Shown: in pieces, positions 57,660-64,000 of the stretch | How positions within the stretch are numbered: position 1 is the stretch's first letter | How the letters are laid out: every line of letters begins with the position of its first letter | Assembly (NCBI GenBank): GCA_038106145.1 | Contig: JAYODD010000006.1 | Location: 30,621-94,620 of the forward strand | Source of the DNA: Gammaproteobacteria bacterium | GTDB taxonomy: Bacteria > Pseudomonadota > Gammaproteobacteria > Pseudomonadales > Porticoccaceae | DNA length: 64,000 nt | Direction of reading: 5' to 3' | Made by a program: the position numbers and the translations under genes | The notes under the pieces: model-generated | What the model saw: only the letters and a program-made list of their open reading frames with translations | What the model was told of the DNA's origin: nothing | Databases searched by the model: none

Positions 57660-59441
57660 TCATGCAATGCTCGCCCGCGCCGCCAAATTCACCCGCAACC
57701 CCAGGGGGTACATGGTGAACTCCAACCGTTCGGTAACTCCGTCCAGGGGCGCGCCGGCCGTCACCTCAAAGTGTTGCACCACCATGGTCAGCACTGCTTT
57801 CATTTCCAGCAGCGCCAAACTTCGCCCGGGACACAGGCGCGGTCCGGACCCAAACGGCATAAACGAGCGGGGATTGGCGACGCCCCGTTGCCCGTCGCCC
57901 TTCAGCCAACGCTCCGGCTTAAATAACGTTGCAGCGGGGTAATCGGCCTCGCTCATGGCCATGGCGCGGGTCAGCACCACCGCCGACTCGCCCTTACGGA
58001 AACTCAGCCCACCAATATTGAGCGCACGATTAGCTTCCAGGATATTCATCGGAGCAACCGGCTTGAGCCGCATGGTTTCGTTAATTACCGCGTCAAGGTA
58101 GGGCAACTGGCGGGTTTGTTCGAAGGTATCGAGGACCCCTGCTCCAACCACGTCTGCGATTTCCCGGCGCAGGGTATGCTGCACGTGGGGATATTTCGCC
58201 AAAAAATACATGGCCCAGGCGAGGGAATTGGCGGTGGTATCCTCCCCCGCCAGCAGCATGGTCAGCACGTTGTCCGCTACTTCCTGCTCGGAAAATCCGG
58301 ATTTGTCGTCCGCTACCGCCAGCAACAGGGATTGCAACAAATTCTGCGGATTGTCCCGGTGCGCCGGATTGGCGTCCAACTGCGCCCGTCCCTGGCGAAT
58401 AAATTCAATCACCGTCGCGTAAACAACAGCCACCGATTTCTCCACGGCCCGATCCCGCGGTAGTTTGAAATACTGCCAATAACGGATCGGCGCCAGCAAG
58501 CGTCGTTGCAGCATGGGAAAAATAGTGTCCAGATGCTGGTGCATCGTGCCCCCCTCCCGTTCCAGTGTGTTGGTGTCCTGGCCAAACGCCAACGAGGTGG
58601 TGACATCAACGGTAAAGCGCGTCAAATCGGACTGTACATCGACGCCCCCCGCGGCCATCCCAGTGGCGTGCCAACGCCGCCGTAACCGTTCGGTCACCGC
58701 AACCAGCGTGGGGAAAAACTGGCGCAGGTGACGTATATCAAGGGATTGCATAATGACCGGACGTTGACGGCGCCAACGCTCGCCCTCGGCCATAAAGATG
58801 CCCTGCGTACTCAGGGCGCCGATAAAGGCTTTTTCCAGGGATGTCGGACGCCGAAAATCGTCCGGCCGCGCCTTCAGCAGCTCATTGGCAAGGGTTACAT
58901 CGCTGACCACGGCAATCGGCCAGCCGACCAGGCGGCACTGATACAAAGGCCCATAAATATGCGCCCATGCTTCAAGGGTTTGATGAAACGCGGTGCGCTT
59001 GAGCTGCAACAGATTTCCCACCAACGGCCAGCGCCGGGGTCCAGGTAGCGAGGCAATAGTGCGTCCGACCGGCTGCCGCGCGGCGTCCCGAACGCCGTCG
59101 ACGGCCACCATCACCTGCCCCCCAACGACGCTGCTTCCTATCGCGCGCAAGCAAGTTTCCGCCTGACCCGCGTCTGGCTGCCCAACCCTCAGCCCGGACC
59201 GGCAGTCGAATTGCCACTGATGCGATCGGCAAATCAGTTTACCCTGGGAGATATGGCCTTCTGATAACAATGTTCCCTGATGGGGGCAGCGGCCCTCAAA
59301 AACCCGTATTTCCCCCTGCCAGCACAGCACCACCAGATCAACCGCACCGACCCTGGCACCCAGCACCCCGACTCTGCGCAGATGCGCTACGTCGGCGACC
59401 GCAACCAGGCGGCCAGACTCGGCGGTCCCTTCAACCCCCAT
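57660..59441 (-). CDS. fusion protein: N-terminal Rieske [2Fe-2S] domain plus cytochrome P450
   Basis: 593 aa. The Rieske ligand motifs are CPHQG..(16 residues)..CRSH at residues ~52-74. P450 hallmarks are the I-helix LLAGEDTT, ETMRL (ExxR), PERW and the heme-thiolate loop FGSGPRLCPGRSLA. There is one uninterrupted ORF, an ATG start and a GGGAG SD. Confidence 0.85.
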   Translation of the reverse strand: MGVEGTAESGRLVAVADVAHLRRVGVLGARVGAVDLVVLCWQGEIRVFEGRCPHQGTLLSEGHISQGKLICRSHQWQFDCRSGLRVGQPDAGQAETCLRAIGSSVVGGQVMVAVDGVRDAARQPVGRTIASLPGPRRWPLVGNLLQLKRTAFHQTLEAWAHIYGPLYQCRLVGWPIAVVSDVTLANELLKARPDDFRRPTSLEKAFIGALSTQGIFMAEGERWRRQRPVIMQSLDIRHLRQFFPTLVAVTERLRRRWHATGMAAGGVDVQSDLTRFTVDVTTSLAFGQDTNTLEREGGTMHQHLDTIFPMLQRRLLAPIRYWQYFKLPRDRAVEKSVAVVYATVIEFIRQGRAQLDANPAHRDNPQNLLQSLLLAVADDKSGFSEQEVADNVLTMLLAGEDTTANSLAWAMYFLAKYPHVQHTLRREIADVVGAGVLDTFEQTRQLPYLDAVINETMRLKPVAPMNILEANRALNIGGLSFRKGESAVVLTRAMAMSEADYPAATLFKPERWLKGDGQRGVANPRSFMPFGSGPRLCPGRSLALLEMKAVLTMVVQHFEVTAGAPLDGVTERLEFTMYPLGLRVNLAARASIA

Positions 59442-59541
59442 GACCTTCGCTCCCGAATGTTTACCAGCACGTTACGGGCCCATCACTGGCGGCCGTCGTA
59501 GTGGTTCGCAACCACGTGGTGCGACCCCTGGTACATTCCCG

Positions 59542-59811
59542 TCAACCGATACTAAATCCCTCGCACCCGCAATCCTCAACGGCGCGCCATGTCACCGCTG
59601 ACACCCGTGCCGAGGGCGAACCCCGAGCTACCGCTTTTTGCATCTGGTCTATAGCAGCCTGCGCCCCACATAAAAGAACTTCCACACTACCATCGGGCAA
59701 ATTACGCGCATAACCCCGTACACCAACCGTTGCGGCGATATCCTGCACGTAACGTCGAAAAAAGACGCCCTGGACTCTGCCCCGCACCACACCGGCGACA
59801 CAATGGTTCAC
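59542..59811 (-). CDS. acyP: acylphosphatase
   Basis: 89 aa. VRGRVQGVFFRRYVQDIAATVGVRGYARNLPDGSVEV. Confidence 0.9.
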   Translation of the reverse strand: MNHCVAGVVRGRVQGVFFRRYVQDIAATVGVRGYARNLPDGSVEVLLCGAQAAIDQMQKAVARGSPSARVSAVTWRAVEDCGCEGFSIG

Positions 59812-60311
59812 GGTGTCGCCTGCAACAGGTCGCGCAGGGTCGCGGCCAGCGTGGTTTGCGTCTGCGGACCCAGCAGTACCGTATAAACCTGCCCGGAACG
59901 GTCCAGCACCAAAGTTTCCGGCAGCGCCGCAGCGGGTTTCACCCCCAGCGCCCCACGGGGATCCTGCAACAGGGTAGGAAACTTTATGCCCAACGCCGCC
60001 ACCTGCGCGGCCAACGTATCGCCACTCACCCCATCAAAATTGACCGACAGCACCGCCACGGACGGATACTGCGCGCTAAACTCGTTAAATTCCTGGATTT
60101 CCTCGCGACAGGGTGTGCACCATTCGGCCCAATAATTAATAAATACCGGATTGCCCCGCAGTGCTGCAAAATGCACAGTCCCCCCTTCCAGCAGCGGGTA
60201 GCCCGGCGCGCGTTGCTCGCAGCCGGGCAGGACTACCAGTAGTGCGCTCAACAGTAATCCCCACCAAGAAAGGTTGGACAAATGCCGGTTACCGGATCGC
60301 GTTTGCATCAT
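59808..60311 (-). CDS. TlpA/redoxin-family thiol:disulfide oxidoreductase lipoprotein
   Basis: The start is at the ATG at 60311 or 60308 (MMQTRSG..LLVVLPG|C, a lipobox). The thioredoxin motif is YWAEWCTPCREE. It overlaps the 3' end of the upstream gene. Confidence 0.82.
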   Translation of the reverse strand: MMQTRSGNRHLSNLSWWGLLLSALLVVLPGCEQRAPGYPLLEGGTVHFAALRGNPVFINYWAEWCTPCREEIQEFNEFSAQYPSVAVLSVNFDGVSGDTLAAQVAALGIKFPTLLQDPRGALGVKPAAALPETLVLDRSGQVYTVLLGPQTQTTLAATLRDLLQATP

Positions 60312-61554
60312 CCGCCTCGTGCGCGGTAAATAATTCCGCCAGGGATCGATTATATAACTGCCGCGTTTCGCGGCTGCCCGCCGCGATAACATTAGCCAGC
60401 GGGTCGAACCAGGAGTAAGCCGCCAATACGTTTTTCGCATCAGTGGACGGCTCGGTCACAAAATTGTCCCCGAACAGGGTTACCAATTCCCACAAAGTCA
60501 ATTGCGCCGGGTCCCGCGCGAGCACGTACCCTCCGGACGCGGTAGTCACCAGCACGTTACCCGCCAGCAGTATGCTGCGCAATTTCCGCCAGTGCTGTTC
60601 ATCGATGCCGCAGTGCAGTACATCCCTATCGCTCATACTGCGGCCGTCTTGCTGGCCCCGCCAACAGGCCCAACACACCAGCACCGCCGCCACCAGATTG
60701 GGGAAATTGTACCCCTTGTACGCCGCCTTAAACGTTTCCAGAGAGCGCACCAATTCCGCGCCGCCGAGAATAATCATCCAGCACAGATAGGTCCACAGTA
60801 AAAACACGGGTACGATGGCAAACGCGCCATATACGGTATGGTAGGAGCTATTGACCACCAGCGCGCCAAACGCCGCCTTGGCCGACTGGAACAACAGCAT
60901 CGACACCAGGCCGCCCACCAGCGCATGACGGCCGGATACTTTGCAGTTCGGCACGGCGATAAACAGCAGTGTGAACGCGATCCATGTCATTAACCACGGT
61001 AAATATTCGAGAACCTGGTGGGGTATCCCGACGATCTCCACGCCGCTGGCAACCAGTTTGAACGATAGTAAATAGGTGTGCATCATCAGGCCGACCCCCA
61101 ACAGTAACGGCCCAAAACTCAAAATCCCCCAGTACAGCAGAAAACTCGACAGTCCTTTGCGACCGCCCGCCGTTCCCCAAATGTGGTTGAAGGTTTTTTC
61201 GATATTGGTCAGCATCAAGTAGGAGGTGACGATAAGAATAAATCCGCCAAACGCGCTCAATTTGCGTGCCTGAGTCGAAAACTGGGCCAGGTAGCGTTGT
61301 ACTTCGGTGCCACTTTGGGGCAGCAAGTTTTCGAAAATCAGCCCCTGCACCTGATCGCCCAGGCTTTGAAATGCGGGGATCAATGAAAACATCGCATAGG
61401 TAACGGTCATTAGCGGCACCACCGCGAACAGGCTCATGTAGGTCAGCGCGGCCGCACTTTCGTTACAACCGTCACGCCGATACCGACGCGCAAGGTGAAC
61501 GACAAAACTGCCCACCATGGAACAAAAAGATTTTACCGCCGTAAACCACTTCAC
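60289..61554 (-). CDS. YihY/BrkB family inner-membrane protein
   Basis: ..RYRRDGCNESAAALTYMSLFAVVPLM.. followed by multiple TM segments and a soluble tail of about 120 aa. The start is placed at the GTG at 61554 (GGGGAG SD). An ATG at 61518 is an alternative. The ORF-track start at 61650 gives an implausible N-terminus. Confidence 0.8.
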   Translation of the reverse strand: MKWFTAVKSFCSMVGSFVVHLARRYRRDGCNESAAALTYMSLFAVVPLMTVTYAMFSLIPAFQSLGDQVQGLIFENLLPQSGTEVQRYLAQFSTQARKLSAFGGFILIVTSYLMLTNIEKTFNHIWGTAGGRKGLSSFLLYWGILSFGPLLLGVGLMMHTYLLSFKLVASGVEIVGIPHQVLEYLPWLMTWIAFTLLFIAVPNCKVSGRHALVGGLVSMLLFQSAKAAFGALVVNSSYHTVYGAFAIVPVFLLWTYLCWMIILGGAELVRSLETFKAAYKGYNFPNLVAAVLVCWACWRGQQDGRSMSDRDVLHCGIDEQHWRKLRSILLAGNVLVTTASGGYVLARDPAQLTLWELVTLFGDNFVTEPSTDAKNVLAAYSWFDPLANVIAAGSRETRQLYNRSLAELFTAHEADDANAIR

Positions 61555-61691
61555 GATTGGCTCCCCGTCAGTGCCAGCTTGCGCTACCTGTCGCTGGCTT
61601 GGCCAAATATACGTAGTACGCGGGCGGTGGCCCCCACCACAAGTTCCCATTACAATGAGCTTACGTTGATCACCGCATTGTACACAAAACC

Positions 61692-62635
<944 letters not shown>

Positions 62636-62663
62636 ACCGAACCGCGCGTGGAGCGACGACTGA

Positions 62664-63080
62664 GTGAATACCCCGCCTGTGCCCAAGTTGACTTCCCTGG
62701 CGCGCGTGGCGACCCGGTTGAGTTACGGCATTTTGTTAACCGCGCTGGTCATCGGCGGCCTCAAAAGTGGTACCGCGCCCGTGCTGATGGTTATCGCCAC
62801 CGCGCCGCTGGCGCTGTTCGCGCCCGGAATGTTGCGCGACAATCCCCGCACGCTGGTCCTGTTATGTTTTGTGGCGTTGATTTATTTTACTGCCATCGTC
62901 GCCAATCTCTTTGAACCCGACCGCACCTTCTACGATGTGATTGCAGTGGTCGCAGTCTCCGTACTGTTTGTGGCGGCGATGCTATTGAGCCGCTGGTTGC
63001 AACGGCGCGCGCCGGACGATGCTACGTTAACCTCGGTAGACTCGGGTGGCGCCAACCGCGAAGGAAACACTGATGAGTAA
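62664..63080 (+). CDS. DUF2069 family membrane protein
   Basis: 138 aa with four predicted TM helices. It follows arsC-wrbA, as in pseudomonads. Confidence 0.7.
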   Translation: MNTPPVPKLTSLARVATRLSYGILLTALVIGGLKSGTAPVLMVIATAPLALFAPGMLRDNPRTLVLLCFVALIYFTAIVANLFEPDRTFYDVIAVVAVSVLFVAAMLLSRWLQRRAPDDATLTSVDSGGANREGNTDE

Positions 63081-64000
63081 GGAAAACCCTGGATTTTTAC
63101 GTCGCACCTGGCGCTTTATAGGGAAAATATTCGGCTTTTTACGCGCTGTTGTGCGCTTTTTCATCGTCCTCTTTTTTATCGCGCTTATCGCCAGCCTGTT
63201 TGTCGACAATGTGCGCCCACTGCCCGAGCGCGCCCTGCTACGGATTGCTCCAAGCGGCATTCTGGTGGAACAGCGCGCCTACTCCGACCCCTTTACCCAA
63301 CTCCTTGAACAGGGCACGGCACACGACAGCGAGACCGTTGTCAAGGACGTAGTTGAAGCTATAGACGGCGCGGCAACCGACAAACGGATCAGCGGCCTGT
63401 TGCTGGAACCCGATTATCTGCTCGGTGGCGGTATCAGCAAACTGAGCGACATTGGCGCCGCCATCGAGCGCTTCAAAGCCCAGGGCAAACCTGTTATCGC
63501 GGTTGCCGACAATTACACGCAGGAGCAGTATTATCTCGCCAGCTTTGCCGACGAAATTCATCTCAACCCGATGGGCGCAGTAGCCCTCACTGGCTACGGT
63601 AGTTACGCCAGTTACTTCAAGGAAGCTCTGGATAAACTTAAAATAAATTTCCACATCTTTCGCGTCGGTGAGTACAAAGACGCCGTCGAGCCCTTTATCC
63701 GTAACGATATGTCTGCGGCCTCCCGCGAGCACACGTCGCGCTGGCTGAATGCCCTGTGGCAGACCTATACCGACAAGGTGGAAAAGCGGCGCGATCTGCC
63801 CGCGGACAGCGTCAATCGTTATGTCAATCAGCTCGACGTGCAACTGGCGGAGGTTGACGGCGATGCGGCGCGTCTGGCCCTGCAACTGGCGTTGGTTGAC
63901 CAGCTCAGCACCCGCCCGCAGATGCTCGCGCGCCTGCAGCAACTGGCACCCGAGGACAACAATGGCGAAGAAGATTTTGCGCAGGTCGACATGAAAGAAT
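63073..64000 (+). CDS. sppA: signal peptide peptidase SppA (67K type), 5' part; the gene continues past the right edge
   Basis: My translation from the ATG at 63073 (which overlaps the previous stop) reads MSKENPGFLRRTWRFIGKIFGFLRAVVRFFIVLFFIALIASLF..ISGLLLEPDYLLGGGISKLSDIGAAIERFKAQGKPVIAVADNYTQEQYYLASFADEIHLNPMG... The frame stays open to the window end. Confidence 0.85.
   Translation, partial: MSKENPGFLRRTWRFIGKIFGFLRAVVRFFIVLFFIALIASLFVDNVRPLPERALLRIAPSGILVEQRAYSDPFTQLLEQGTAHDSETVVKDVVEAIDGAATDKRISGLLLEPDYLLGGGISKLSDIGAAIERFKAQGKPVIAVADNYTQEQYYLASFADEIHLNPMGAVALTGYGSYASYFKEALDKLKINFHIFRVGEYKDAVEPFIRNDMSAASREHTSRWLNALWQTYTDKVEKRRDLPADSVNRYVNQLDVQLAEVDGDAARLALQLALVDQLSTRPQMLARLQQLAPEDNNGEEDFAQVDMKE

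Noticed and set aside
63238-63942. 234-aa minus-strand ORF
   Set aside because: It is antisense to the open sppA reading frame, which I translated by hand from 63073 and which gives a convincing SppA N-terminal region. The track misses sppA only because it runs off the window.

Overview
This is a chromosomal window from a gammaproteobacterium. The gene order resembles Pseudomonas and Cellvibrionales, for example xerD-dsbC-hom-thrC-recJ, rpsP-rimM-trmD-rplS, ffh/ypjD/yfjD, rluD/bamD, pilSR next to a minor-pilin operon, ispH-fkpB-lspA-ileS-ribF-murJ, hslVU and arsC-wrbA-DUF2069-sppA. I cannot name the species from sequence alone. About 65 protein-coding genes are supported, most on the minus strand, and most are recognisable housekeeping genes. 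I found no rRNA, tRNA, CRISPR array, transposase or prophage signature.

Five regions are not ordinary core:
- **F420 gene set (1-4343):** cofD, cofE and fno, plus two luciferase-like oxidoreductases.
- **AT-rich island (4407-7061):** it carries a sensor protein with a degenerate GGDEF domain and an intact EAL domain.
- **ECF sigma / anti-sigma module (10611-15908), the best candidate for an undescribed system:** the other products are all secreted or envelope proteins of no family I recognise. They are a lipoprotein that copies the anti-sigma sensor domain, a helical protein with a Pro/Gly tail, a small outer-membrane barrel, a glycine-rich mini-protein and a divergent low-complexity protein. 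A GTAAC-N17-CGTC motif lies upstream of both the sigma gene and the divergent gene.
- **Rieske-P450 fusion (57660-59441):** a single polypeptide joins a Rieske [2Fe-2S] domain to a cytochrome P450.
- **Nudix remnant (32327-32600):** a decayed CoA-pyrophosphatase-type Nudix gene.

All calls rest on my own reading of the supplied ORF translations and the nucleotide sequence. No database search was run. Many start codons are non-ATG (GTG or TTG), and several start positions are approximate.
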